DNA of 64,000 nucleotides from a virus: IMG/VR virus record IMGVR_UViG_3300043256_000125, positions 2,627 to 66,626 of that record; one strand, 5' to 3'. Shown piece by piece: positions 20,853 to 30,925 of this stretch (position 1 is its first letter; each line of letters starts with the position of its first letter). The notes under the pieces were generated by a model. It saw only the letters and a program-made list of their open reading frames with translations, ran no database searches and was not told where the DNA came from. The position numbers and the translations under genes were made by a program.

Positions 20853-21197
20853 GCCGCATTCGAGGTAGGTAATCGGTTTCCCGATAGAATCTGCGTATTC
20901 GATTTCACCCCTAGTGCTTTCGCCGATGTACCCATTGACCTTCAACACCCAGACCGAATCAGCCAAATCAATTTTCCGCCGGTGGAGTTCGTCAAGTTGG
21001 GCCGCAACGTCTTGTCCCAGCGCCTCGCCGCCATGATGTTCGGCATGCTTACAGACGCCGATAGTCAGGACAATGCAACCATCGAGCGTTAATTGCCAGC
21101 CGACTTCGTGAAATGCCCACATGAATCGCGTGCTGCCACAGAGACAAACGATACGAGGAAACGCGTCAGGCAATTCAATCGTTTTCATCTCACTCAC
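20832..21197 (-). CDS. Nucleoside 2-deoxyribosyltransferase-like (DUF4406-like) protein
   Basis: IVCLCGSTRF...KIDLADSVWVL..NGYIGESTRGEIEYA..GKPI motif. Confidence 0.7.
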   Translation of the reverse strand: MSEMKTIELPDAFPRIVCLCGSTRFMWAFHEVGWQLTLDGCIVLTIGVCKHAEHHGGEALGQDVAAQLDELHRRKIDLADSVWVLKVNGYIGESTRGEIEYADSIGKPITYLECGEAAGGE

Positions 21198-21555
21198 CCT
21201 CCATTTGCTGAACCCATTGGTTGACGTCCGTTTCCGTTATCGCCTCCGGCTGTCGGCCACGTAGTAGGTTGACCTTTACCCGGTCGTAGTGTTCGGGGTC
21301 GCAACACCACTTCAACGCCAGTTGCCGGGCTATCGGCCACTCACTCTTGTCGTGTAGGGCGTCGTGGCAGTTGTTGATGAATCCATTACATGTTCGCAGC
21401 CATGTGGACGGTTCTTTCAATGCAGCCTGACGGGCCGGACCGCTTGCTATTTCGTGCGTTTCGAGGTTCTGTCCGCTGAGCGACACATATCCGCATTTCA
21501 TGCAGACCATGTGCTCTGCCGACCATTGCTCACGGGTTATCGGTTTGTCGCTCAT
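21190..21555 (-). CDS. HNH-like nuclease
   Basis: CxxC...LETHEI...C...CHDALH. Confidence 0.55.
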   Translation of the reverse strand: MSDKPITREQWSAEHMVCMKCGYVSLSGQNLETHEIASGPARQAALKEPSTWLRTCNGFINNCHDALHDKSEWPIARQLALKWCCDPEHYDRVKVNLLRGRQPEAITETDVNQWVQQMEGE

Positions 21556-21571
21556 GCCAATACCTGCTTTC

Positions 21572-22330
21572 CTAGTTTGGCTTCCGAAAGCTCGGCCACA
21601 TACACTTGAGGCACAGGGCGTGGTGTCGCAACCGGTCAACAATCGGCGAAGCCAATCGCTGCTCAGCCTCTTCTCCGTCATGGACGTTCATTGTGGCCCA
21701 AGTGCTTTTGAGGCTCCGGTACCGCTTGTCGACGATCCGCTGCACAATATCGGCCGAGTATTGCGAAATGTTTCCCTTGGCCGGGACCGGGTCGCTGATA
21801 ATCAGGATTTGTGTTTTGCAGTATTCGCTGATCATCTCCCGCTCGGCTTCGCTGTCATCGCGGATTCGGTCACGTGCCCGCTCGAACAACTCTGGGCCGC
21901 CAGTCCATCGGACTGTGAACCCGTGGCACAGAACGACCCAGTACGCCAGCGCGCACAAAAGATGATCCTTTCCTGTGCCGGGCTTGCCAAACAACACCAC
22001 GCCGCCACCTTGGGCGAGTCGATCCGGTGCCTCGGCCGCGAATGCCTGAATTTGGTCGAGCACCTGCCGTTGGCTGGGTCGGTCTTCGTCGGTCGTCTCT
22101 TCGTAGACGTTGAAGTTTGTGAACGAACATTCGGCGTACCTCGGGCCGAGGGAACTCACTAATTTCGTGTAGTGGCTACTCCGAAGACTCTCGGGGACCC
22201 GCTGCGACCAAAGGGTGAAAAATGGTTCGTCCCGATGCCGGTCGAGGATTTCAGAAATGTGACCGTCCAGGTTTCGTGGATTGCCGGGCGGCAAAGGAGC
22301 CGTCGGTGGGTGATTGGGTTTTGGGTCCAT
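21572..22330 (-). CDS. DnaC/IstB-like helicase loader ATPase
   Basis: FTNF, GKPGTGKDHL Walker A, IVDKRY, IVDRL motifs; directly downstream of the initiator. Confidence 0.85.
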   Translation of the reverse strand: MDPKPNHPPTAPLPPGNPRNLDGHISEILDRHRDEPFFTLWSQRVPESLRSSHYTKLVSSLGPRYAECSFTNFNVYEETTDEDRPSQRQVLDQIQAFAAEAPDRLAQGGGVVLFGKPGTGKDHLLCALAYWVVLCHGFTVRWTGGPELFERARDRIRDDSEAEREMISEYCKTQILIISDPVPAKGNISQYSADIVQRIVDKRYRSLKSTWATMNVHDGEEAEQRLASPIVDRLRHHALCLKCMWPSFRKPN

Positions 22331-23207
22331 GGCTGCTTCCTTCCTCTTGCCAGGTGGCCGGGTCGTCATCGTAGCGGCCCTGATAGAGCCAGGTGGCCGG
22401 ATGAATGGGTGTTCGGTCGGTCGGATGGGCATTCGGTGATGCTGCAAAAGTTTTCATTCGTTCGATCAGAAATTCCTCAGGCGTCTGGCCGTCGAGGTCG
22501 CGGCGTTTGTCTGCGCGGATCTCCCTGACGGCCGCTTGGAACTTTGCCTTGGCCACCTTCCTCCCTACCTTGCGGTGGGTCACAGCCCAGAAGGCATCAA
22601 AAGGGTGAGCATCAACATCAACATCAACATCAGCATCAATTGAGCGCGCGCGCTTCTTAGGGTCAGGGCTAGGGACAGGGACAGGTTTAGAATGATCTAA
22701 ACTTGTATCAGGTTTCTCCCAGGCTTCTATCAGGTTTGTATCAGGCTTCTGTCCGTGCTGGTGCGGAGGATAATTGGTTATCCCCTTCACTGGTGCGGAG
22801 GATAATTGGTTATCCCCTTCACTGGTGCGGAGGATAATTGGGTCGTCTTCCGCCACACTATTGTCTGGCAACCCCTCATATCGTCCAGGAATCGTTACCC
22901 AATACTTACCGACTTTTCCCTTGCCACCGGGCTCATAGTGCAGCCATCCAGCGGCAACCGCCTTCTTGCGAGCCCGGTTAAGTCGATCCCACGTCTTTAG
23001 CCCAGTCACCGAAAACAACTGGTCATTCCAAAACTTGACAGGCGATCGGTAGTGAGCAGCGTCTTCGGTGTGGGCGATGATCGACAGAAGCCAGACCCCG
23101 TCCGTGCCGATCTCCATTGCCGCGCACGTCCGCATTAGGATCCTCACGAATTTGTGGGCAAAATACTTCGGCCGATCGTTTGGGTAAGTATCACCTGCCA
23201 TATCCAC
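22251..23207 (-). CDS. Phage replication initiator protein
   Basis: N-terminal HTH-like region, low-complexity linker carrying iterons, C-terminal FDAFW...HPATWL..GRY motif. Confidence 0.8.
   Translation of the reverse strand: MDMAGDTYPNDRPKYFAHKFVRILMRTCAAMEIGTDGVWLLSIIAHTEDAAHYRSPVKFWNDQLFSVTGLKTWDRLNRARKKAVAAGWLHYEPGGKGKVGKYWVTIPGRYEGLPDNSVAEDDPIILRTSEGDNQLSSAPVKGITNYPPHQHGQKPDTNLIEAWEKPDTSLDHSKPVPVPSPDPKKRARSIDADVDVDVDAHPFDAFWAVTHRKVGRKVAKAKFQAAVREIRADKRRDLDGQTPEEFLIERMKTFAASPNAHPTDRTPIHPATWLYQGRYDDDPATWQEEGSSHGPKTQSPTDGSFAARQSTKPGRSHF
22758..22841. repeat. Iteron array (2.6 x 32 bp), probable replication origin
   Basis: ctggtgcggaggataattggttatccccttca at 22758 and 22790, partial copy at 22822; inside the initiator gene, and 32 is not a multiple of 3. 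Confidence 0.8.
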
Positions 23208-23242
23208 CTACTCCCCTTGGGCGAGCATGTTGGCTTCAAGGT

Positions 23243-23599
23243 TCATGTTGGTTGCTTTTGCGCGTTTTCGATTTGTGCGGTCCACTCTTCGTCAGTTTCA
23301 TCTACCAACTCCGGCAGCCTCTCTTTCAGGAAGTTCCGGCCGTTGTCGAGAATTCCGAGTATGTCGACCTCGTGGGGATTGCCAAAGAAGATGCAGAGTT
23401 TTGGGGCATTGACGCCATTTTCAACCTGAACCTTTTTCGACCCGTCGCCATTGAGCCCAGGGAACTGATGCCCGGCCGTAAGTAGCGCGTCGATTATCCG
23501 GTGTATTGACTTGCCTAAGTTTCCTTCGTAGTGTTGCCCGATGCTTGCATAGAAACAGGCGTCCCATTCGCTGTTTGTTAGGTAGTCAGATAGCGCCAT
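23243..23599 (-). CDS. Hypothetical protein
   Basis: ORF with SD (likely start MALSDY). Confidence 0.5.
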   Translation of the reverse strand: MALSDYLTNSEWDACFYASIGQHYEGNLGKSIHRIIDALLTAGHQFPGLNGDGSKKVQVENGVNAPKLCIFFGNPHEVDILGILDNGRNFLKERLPELVDETDEEWTAQIENAQKQPT

Positions 23600-24597
23600 T
23601 GCAACTGTCCTTTCCGGGGTTACCGTGACCACGTCACGACGGCGTGGGGTCAAACACTGCTGATACTTTTAGGTGTTTCCACCAATGGTCAAAACATTTC
23701 CACGTCGTAACTATCGTGCCTCGCGGGTAGGGCAGACGCTTGGCGAGTTGCCGGACGCACATACGTGGTAGGTTAAGCACGTTGCCGTCATAGTCGTTGT
23801 CGCCATGCTTGGCGGCCACGATACGCGCTTGTGAATGGTTGCGGGCAACCACCATCTCGATAATGCGGTAGGATTCGAGTGGCCCCTGGTTGTAGTCCAA
23901 CACCGGCTCAACGTAAGACAGTTCCTCCGAGACAACGATATAGAGGTTGTTCATGGTTTCATTTCCTTGTAACCGCGTCACGACGGCGTGGCGTTTCATA
24001 GTTCAGGTTCTCCTTGGGGTTACAGGGGTTTGGTTAAGTAGTGTTCGCAATGGGTTCTCACGAACTCTTCTGGGGACATTCCGGCCCGGGCGGACTCACC
24101 TAAAGGTTTCCCGCAGTCCGCAACGAATTCATACCGTCCTAGAGGGTCGTCCTCATCTTGTTCGATCACAACCAGTAGGTTTTGCCGCCCAGTGCTCCGC
24201 TCCCAGGAACAGAGAGCGCCGCATAAACGCAACATCGCCTGCTGAACATCTTCGCTTGGGTGTGTCTTCCAAACAGACATCAGTTTTTTCCTTGGGGTTA
24301 CAGGGTCTGGTTAGACGGGCTTGACTTATGTGGCCTTGTCGACGGCGTCCTGTAGTTGTTGGTAGGCGTCCAGGCACAATGGGCCGACGCACGCAATGGC
24401 TGCCTTACACGCTGCCACTAGGTCGACGTGGGCGTTGACGCAGCGGACGATCTGGGTCGCACTCTCGGCGTCCCGGCATTGGGCAACGACGAGTCCGGCG
24501 TCATCCATGACGTACAGATCATCCGACGATTCTTGATTCCACGGCTTATGCTGGCTCATCATTCCACCTCTTGGGATTCACAGGGTTGGTAGGATAG

Positions 24598-25392
24598 TCA
24601 AAGCGCCTCCCTCAACTCAGTTGCGCAGTTGTCCAGTACCGCGGCGGCGAGCATCAGGTTGGCACCCTCGACGCTGTCCACCCATCGTTCGACCACGTCG
24701 CGGATGTCACACTTCAGAACGGTGGCCGGGTCGCCTGGGTCGGTTGGCTTGACGTCGGTGTCTTCGCCTGGGTCGGCGTCGGCTACGTCGGGCTCGTGGC
24801 ACTTCTCACAGTCCCCGTCTTCATCGAACTTGTCGTGTCCGCAATTGGGGCATTTGGTCGCACCGCCGGCCGGTGTCTCGTCGGTGGGTGTATTGTCAGA
24901 CTCGGCGGCGCCCTCGCTATCATCCTGCGCGTCCGCGCCGCCAGAGTCATTGCTCCGGCCGCTTTCCCAGTTCTCGCGTACTTCCTTGACCAGCTTGGCG
25001 GTGATCTTCGGCTTTCCCTTGGCGTCGGTCGGAGCTTCCTCGATAACGGCCGACCAGACTTCGCTCTGCTCGCTTGGCTTTAGGTCGATCAGCTCGCGCG
25101 CTTGACCTTCGTTTGACGGCAGAGTTGTAACAATTGTTACAGCCTTGAGGTTGTCAACGACCGCTGAGGAGCCTATAAGTTGACACGCTCGCTGAGAAGT
25201 AAACTCCCATCGCTCCGCCAAGTAAGCCGTGAACGACTTGTACGGCTTGAACAGCTCATACTCTTTGATTTCCAGCAAAGCCGCACCCACCTCATAGAAG
25301 CCTTCGAGGTTGCGGGCGATTCGTGCCTCGCAATCCTTCAGCGCCATTCGCTCCGGTTTGGTGAGCGGCGCAATCTCTGTCTGGGCACCCAT
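24598..25392 (-). CDS. Phage protein (DUF3102-like N-terminus, zinc ribbon)
   Basis: FYEVGAALLEIK...Y.SF..Y..ERW...RA.QLI motif; CPNCG...CEKC. Confidence 0.6.
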   Translation of the reverse strand: MGAQTEIAPLTKPERMALKDCEARIARNLEGFYEVGAALLEIKEYELFKPYKSFTAYLAERWEFTSQRACQLIGSSAVVDNLKAVTIVTTLPSNEGQARELIDLKPSEQSEVWSAVIEEAPTDAKGKPKITAKLVKEVRENWESGRSNDSGGADAQDDSEGAAESDNTPTDETPAGGATKCPNCGHDKFDEDGDCEKCHEPDVADADPGEDTDVKPTDPGDPATVLKCDIRDVVERWVDSVEGANLMLAAAVLDNCATELREAL

Positions 25393-25407
25393 GCGTTTTC
25401 CCTTTCG

Positions 25408-26865
25408 TTAGTAAGCGGCCTGGGCAATTCGTTCCATGAACAGCTTGTAGATGTCGTCAAATGAACCTTCGACGCCAAACAACAATTGCTGCTTTCCGTC
25501 ACTTCTCGCAAGCGCTTCCGCGACGTGGGCCGCGGCTACCTGCGCCAACGGCACACTTTCGCCTTTCTCTCGCCACCTCGCCAACAAGGCATTGTCCGCG
25601 TTGTAGTAGAGCTTGTTGCCGTTCTTCTCGTACCGCGCCAAGTAACCGTCTTCGCCGAGTTCGGCCCATTCCGTGAGTAGCGCATCAGGAGTGTGAGACT
25701 TCTTGCGGCCCTTCCGCTTGCGCCCCGTATCGCGTGGCTTGATGCCTTCACTATCGGGTTCGCGACCATCGTGTTCGCGGCGATCTTCGTTGCCGCCTCT
25801 CGTCGGATTATCACCGCCCCCTTTTCCTTTGGGCCGCGACAACATCCGGCTAATGGTATCGTTCAACTTGGCGTCGTGTTCGTTGCTGCATAGGGCGTGC
25901 GACTCTTGGAGTTGTGGTTCAAACAATTCCGCGCATTGCTCATAGAGATCATCCATGAACTCCTTTTCCACGGACCGCTTCAGCAAGTCCATACTGTCTT
26001 GTCCGGCGGTTTGCGGAATCCGAAGCTGCGCGTAGAATCGCCCCACGTTGTAATCGCCGCAAGGCTCACTGGTTGTATCAAACAGCTTTCCGCCGTAGAT
26101 AAGTCGGCATCCCATGTCGGCAGTGGGCTTCAGGGTAACACCCCACTCTACGGAAAACGTATGGCCGTCAATATCCAGCGTGCTTGAGTGCAGCACTTCA
26201 ACTTCAGGCCGACTCTCTGGCTTGACCTTGTGTCGCTTGCCGTTAAGCACAACTGTTATTTCAAGAGCGCAACATTCAAGCACGCTGGCGTAACACCTCG
26301 CAAGGTGTGCGATGATCCGATCCAAATCCTTTTGCCCCGGCCCCTTCTTCTTGTAGTTTGTAAACCCAATCGTTGTTCCGCCAGCCCCCGCCAGCCCGGC
26401 CTCTGCCCGCCCTTCAGGCGTTGCCGCATACTGTTCACCGTGTCCGGTAGTGTCCTTGTCAATCCATCGTTGAACGAAGCGTATTACGTTATCATCCGAT
26501 TCGGTAAACACTTGCATCCGCCCCCTAAGATGCGCCTCGCAAGCAAACAGGCCAGTTCCGAAAGTCGAGTTGCCGTAGTTGTCGAGGTTGCCGCCACTTA
26601 GTCCCGGCCGAAGAAATACCTCGGGCTGCGTGTTGCCCACGCCATTGTCGCCGCACTTAAATGACTTCTTTCCACGTGTGGACCACTCCAAGAACACCTC
26701 GCTCGGCACTTTGGGTTTCTTGTTGGCCAGGGCGTTGTCGACTAATTCTGTAGCGATATTCCGCCATGGTAGATTCCGCATAGCAGCGCGCATAATCATG
26801 GTGGTCCAACCCGACACAGGGTCGCCAGAAATCTCATACGCGGATTCCGCAACTGTTGTTGCCAT
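25408..26865 (-). CDS. GHKL (MORC/MutL-like) ATPase
   Basis: ELVDNA, DNGVG, STFGTGL and GTTI Bergerat-fold motifs. Confidence 0.75.
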   Translation of the reverse strand: MATTVAESAYEISGDPVSGWTTMIMRAAMRNLPWRNIATELVDNALANKKPKVPSEVFLEWSTRGKKSFKCGDNGVGNTQPEVFLRPGLSGGNLDNYGNSTFGTGLFACEAHLRGRMQVFTESDDNVIRFVQRWIDKDTTGHGEQYAATPEGRAEAGLAGAGGTTIGFTNYKKKGPGQKDLDRIIAHLARCYASVLECCALEITVVLNGKRHKVKPESRPEVEVLHSSTLDIDGHTFSVEWGVTLKPTADMGCRLIYGGKLFDTTSEPCGDYNVGRFYAQLRIPQTAGQDSMDLLKRSVEKEFMDDLYEQCAELFEPQLQESHALCSNEHDAKLNDTISRMLSRPKGKGGGDNPTRGGNEDRREHDGREPDSEGIKPRDTGRKRKGRKKSHTPDALLTEWAELGEDGYLARYEKNGNKLYYNADNALLARWREKGESVPLAQVAAAHVAEALARSDGKQQLLFGVEGSFDDIYKLFMERIAQAAY

Positions 26866-27963
26866 GGGTACTCCTATAAGTGTGTTTACACCGAGCTACA
26901 TCACCCGGCGTTGTTTCCGTTGTTGCCCCTGTCGCCATTAGGTGCGAGAAACATAGCGAGTACCTGGTGAGCGTGTTGTTTCGACCGGCACACGGCCACA
27001 TCGCGCAGGACGCCGGCTGGCGCAACACCCCGGACAAGCCACTGGCCCGACCCCTCGCGAAAAGCGTGCAGCGTCGAGACGATGACAAGTCCGCGGCACT
27101 GGTCACCGGTTTTCACGAGATCGCCGATGGCCCCGTAGTGGTTCAGGCACTTGACGTGCCGTGGATCGATGAGGTGGCTCGCGAGTACGGCAGCCGTGCC
27201 CTGCATCGCCACCAGGTCGTATCCGCAGAGGCGACACTGATGCTTGGGCTTGATCGGCTTTTTCTCGCCGGTCAGCCTGTCGGGATGCACGGTCGCGGCG
27301 AGAGAATAGGGCGTGTCGAGAATATGGTCGTCCATGATAGAGCCGTTTCCGTGGCTTGGGGGTTGGTCCGTCAGGTTCACGCGGGGTTTCTTTCGAGGGT
27401 CGTCTTGACTTGCTCCATGGCCCAGGACAGCTTTTCGTCAGGCATGCCATCGACGACGTCCTCGATGTCTGCCGCCTTGATCTTTGCGATGACTTCCGGG
27501 GTGCGATCACGCGGCTCACCCGGCTCTGAGTACCCCAACTTGAATATCTCCCGTTGCCTCTCCGTGCAGCGGGCCAAGCCATTCTTTATGGTCCGTTTCG
27601 CAAACTCTTTGAGGACATCGTTCATCAGTGGGTATCTCCGTTCGTGGCTGTAGGGGTCCGTCTAGTTACACATCGCCTTACGCTCAAACAGGATGCTGTC
27701 GAGTAGCCCAGTGAGAACGTCCAGCTTGTCGCCCTCTTCGGTGTTCAACGCCCATTCGAGTGAGAGTGCCATTGCCGAATATTGAGCTTTGATCGCCAAG
27801 TCGTGCGCGCTGCCGATGGCCTCTTCGAGCAGGGCCTTTTTTCGTCTGATTTCTTCCGGTGTTCGCATCGTTTCCTCTCCGTGGTAGGTGTTGAAAAATG
27901 GCGGGCCGGCCTGCATTCCAGCCTACGAGGCTGAGTAGTTCACCCATGCCGGCCCGCCGTGTG

Positions 27964-28518
27964 TTAGAAGGGGATGTCGCCGCCGACAGCCGTTTCGGCT
28001 TCCGCGTCGGCCGTTGCTTTGGGGCTGTCGATCGGAGGCGGATCGGGTGCGGGTTGCTTTGGCTTGGCTTGTGTACGTGCCCGCAGCTCTTTGCCGAATA
28101 GGCTATCGAGTTTACTGGTCGCCTCAGCGTCCATCCGGTTGCCGCCACCACGACTAATATCCCACCGCTCTTTCAGTTCGTCGTTGTAAGATTCGTGCTT
28201 GCAATACATCTTGATAGAATTGCCGACAAGGTCTTGGCTGTTGGGATTGGCTCGATCGAACTCGCTCCAAGCCACACCCGTAAAGCCTATCGCCTCCAGC
28301 TTGTCCAAGACAAACTCTACAGTTGAGGTCGTAACCGCCTGGTACATCGTCCGTTCGTGTTGCCGCTCATCGGCATCGTACTGTTTGGGATCGGCTGCAT
28401 TGACTCGACCCAACACCTTGACCTTGACGAATATCTGGGGAGTGCCAGTTTTCGCAGGTGACAGTCCATGGTCGACAATCTCACACCAATACTCGCCTGG
28501 TTCGTAATACGTTCCCAT
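27964..28518 (-). CDS. DUF669-like single-stranded DNA-binding protein
   Basis: PGEY...KTGTPQI pattern; acidic C-terminal GDIPF; follows Sak4. Confidence 0.75.
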   Translation of the reverse strand: MGTYYEPGEYWCEIVDHGLSPAKTGTPQIFVKVKVLGRVNAADPKQYDADERQHERTMYQAVTTSTVEFVLDKLEAIGFTGVAWSEFDRANPNSQDLVGNSIKMYCKHESYNDELKERWDISRGGGNRMDAEATSKLDSLFGKELRARTQAKPKQPAPDPPPIDSPKATADAEAETAVGGDIPF

Positions 28519-28520
28519 GG

Positions 28521-29363
28521 TTACTTCCCTCCATTTCTGGCGGTCTTCATTGCCGCCACAAAGTTATTGTAGGCTTCTTGAGAAGAATCACCGGCGGCAA
28601 TCTCCGGCGGCAATCCATGGCGGTTCTTGGCATCCCAGGCGGCAGTTCGCTCCATGTAAAGCCGCCGTACCGTGCCGCCTTTGGCTTTGGTTTTGCGGGT
28701 AGTGTCATTGTCCTGCAAAACAGTTTCGTAGTTGTAAAACAACACGATATCGGCCCACGCCTTGGAAACTTCCCAGGTTTCTTTTTCCATAGCCGGAACG
28801 TATCGATCGTAATCAGGCCCCTCGGGATTCTTGAAGTTGCGGACTGCCGTATGGCACAGGCACACAATCGCCATGCGTCGTTCTTCGCGAAGTCGCTCCA
28901 TGGCTTTCAGGAATAACCGCCATTCGGTCATGGCGGATACGGGCCCCTGACGGTAAGCCATAAATCCCTTGGCCCCCCAATCGTTCTTGTAGAGAGTGCG
29001 ACAGACGTGCGCAAAGCAGAGCTTCTCGAAGCCGTCCATGACGTCGAGAATAAGAGTCTTGTGTTCATGCTCGCCCGTTCTCAGTTCTTCCACTAAGTCT
29101 AGTGCGTCGAGCCATTCATCAATCCGTGGAAGCAAAGTAATATCACGGATTTGACCAGCATCCAAAAGCGTTTCCATTCCAGTTTCCGTTGGCAACACAA
29201 CTGGGTTGGGGGCGTGGGAAAACATCGAAGATTTGCCGATGCCTTCGACGCCCTGCAAGATCACAATACTCGGCAGATTGCGTCCCGTGGTCGTGGCATC
29301 AGAAAGGGAAAGCTTCCGTCGGTTGCTCGTGGCTGGTGCTGCGGTCGGTGCTACGGTTGCCAT
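28521..29363 (-). CDS. Sak4-like AAA_24 recombination ATPase
   Basis: GVEGIGKS Walker A, TLILD, H...F.NPEG.DYDRY, WADIVLF, AWDAKNRHGLP. Confidence 0.9.
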   Translation of the reverse strand: MATVAPTAAPATSNRRKLSLSDATTTGRNLPSIVILQGVEGIGKSSMFSHAPNPVVLPTETGMETLLDAGQIRDITLLPRIDEWLDALDLVEELRTGEHEHKTLILDVMDGFEKLCFAHVCRTLYKNDWGAKGFMAYRQGPVSAMTEWRLFLKAMERLREERRMAIVCLCHTAVRNFKNPEGPDYDRYVPAMEKETWEVSKAWADIVLFYNYETVLQDNDTTRKTKAKGGTVRRLYMERTAAWDAKNRHGLPPEIAAGDSSQEAYNNFVAAMKTARNGGK

Positions 29364-30465
29364 AGTCGTTCTCCTCTTGGGGTTGAGTTGGGGTTAGAAA
29401 ATGGGACCACCATGCCTCGAGTGCTTTGTGCATTAGGGTCCCAAACACGAGCGCGTCGGATTCTTTGTGGTCGACACGCTCGATTCCGAGTTCGTAACGG
29501 TAGTAGTGCTTCCGCCGGCAAGTCTGAAAGCACCGCAGGCGGGAATTGGTTAGGACATTGCGACCGTCGCCGTTGAGTGTGGATAGCTCCTCGTGGACGT
29601 TGGCCCGGCGTATCCAGTTGTTGCTGTCTGGGCTGTCGTAACCAGAGCAAATCCCCAGATACCCACACGCGCCAAAGTTCAGGCAGGCACCGCTGCTGCG
29701 CAGATGCCGACCGGTGCGACGTGCAATCAGTATGTCCTGAGCGAGTTCCCATAACTCTTTAGCGTATAGTTCCATTTCATGGTCAAGTTTGAAGATTTTC
29801 TGCCGCTGAAAATATCGTTCTGGTTGGTCGAGGCACTCTTGCGTCAAGCGGATTTCGAACAGTTCGCCGTTCTCTCGATACTTGATCTGCGTGCCTTTGG
29901 GCAATCCCGCATCAGCCGTGCAGGTATCTGCGATATTTACTTGCGTATCGGAACTCACATTCATGCCGAAATAGGTTCCAAGTGACGTAATCATTGTTTT
30001 GTCTGCTTTGCTAAGCAGCTTTGGTGCGATACCCGGCTTACGAATCATGTCCCAAACAGCACCAGCAGCCTGCTGGCCAGAAAGAAGCTCTGACAGCAGA
30101 TAGCAATTAACCTGCCCCTCACAAACCAATTGTTTTCGGAAATCTGAATTGACTGCGATGTCGTACGACGTAGTCTTGTGGTCGAACACCCACCGCCGGT
30201 CTTGTTCATCAATACCGAGCACATCTTTCTTGCCGGCAACCGTAAACGTCCGACTTGTGCTGGTTCGCTTGGCGGCTTGTAGGTTGTAGATTGAATGGCG
30301 AAATTCTTGCTCGACCGCTTCGGCTCGCCACGTATTATCAGCGGCGTATCGAGCATCGTAACCGCGCATCAAACCGCGTGCGGTGGCTCGGTGTTTGTCA
30401 TCGGGACTCGTCGCTTTGTCGATTGACGCCAGAGCGCTGTCTAGTGGTTTGCTTTGGCGAATCAC
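29299..30465 (-). CDS. Circularly permuted Cas4/RecB-like PD-(D/E)XK exonuclease
   Basis: E.EF, GKKD, DHKT, Q...Y and C..FG.C.Y..IC motifs, followed by the normally N-terminal TNSRLRCFQTCRRKHYYRY...FGTLMHKALE. Confidence 0.8.
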   Translation of the reverse strand: MIRQSKPLDSALASIDKATSPDDKHRATARGLMRGYDARYAADNTWRAEAVEQEFRHSIYNLQAAKRTSTSRTFTVAGKKDVLGIDEQDRRWVFDHKTTSYDIAVNSDFRKQLVCEGQVNCYLLSELLSGQQAAGAVWDMIRKPGIAPKLLSKADKTMITSLGTYFGMNVSSDTQVNIADTCTADAGLPKGTQIKYRENGELFEIRLTQECLDQPERYFQRQKIFKLDHEMELYAKELWELAQDILIARRTGRHLRSSGACLNFGACGYLGICSGYDSPDSNNWIRRANVHEELSTLNGDGRNVLTNSRLRCFQTCRRKHYYRYELGIERVDHKESDALVFGTLMHKALEAWWSHFLTPTQPQEENDYGNRSTDRSTSHEQPTEAFPF

Positions 30466-30925
30466 TGAGATTCTCCTTCTGTCATCACGCGCAATTCAGG
30501 AGCTTGATCGAATGGGATGGTGGCGGGAGGTGATACGGGTTTCTTGAATCGTTCGATCATGTCCAGGACCTCAGTCAGCTCGGCATCTACCGCATCGAGG
30601 TCGCTGTCGTGAACGCTCTTTGCGTTGTCGTCGGGATCCTCGAACTCGATGCGCGCAACCTCCCCCAGCAACCTTTGCGCGTTGGCGATTCGGTCGGCGA
30701 TTTCTTCTAGCATGTCACGCTTCCTTTGTCGTTACGGTCACTCTTCGATACTCCGCAACTCCTGACACACGATTATCTTCGCCATCATTTTCATCTTCAT
30801 GTTCTTGGCACCAATATCACCGCTCGGCCCTAGCTTCGCCAGTTGCTCGATCATCAATTTGGACGATTCGATATCATGCTCCAGCCAGCTCGCGAACTTA
30901 TGGCATTCTTGGGCGGATAGTATCA

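Noticed and set aside
22758-22841. 32-bp repeats as a CRISPR array
   Set aside because: Copies are directly adjacent with no spacers, inside the initiator gene, and there is no cas operon; iterons fit better.
29299-30465. Cas4-like gene as evidence of a CRISPR system
   Set aside because: It lies in the nuclease-Sak4-SSB recombination module; no array, cas1 or cas2.
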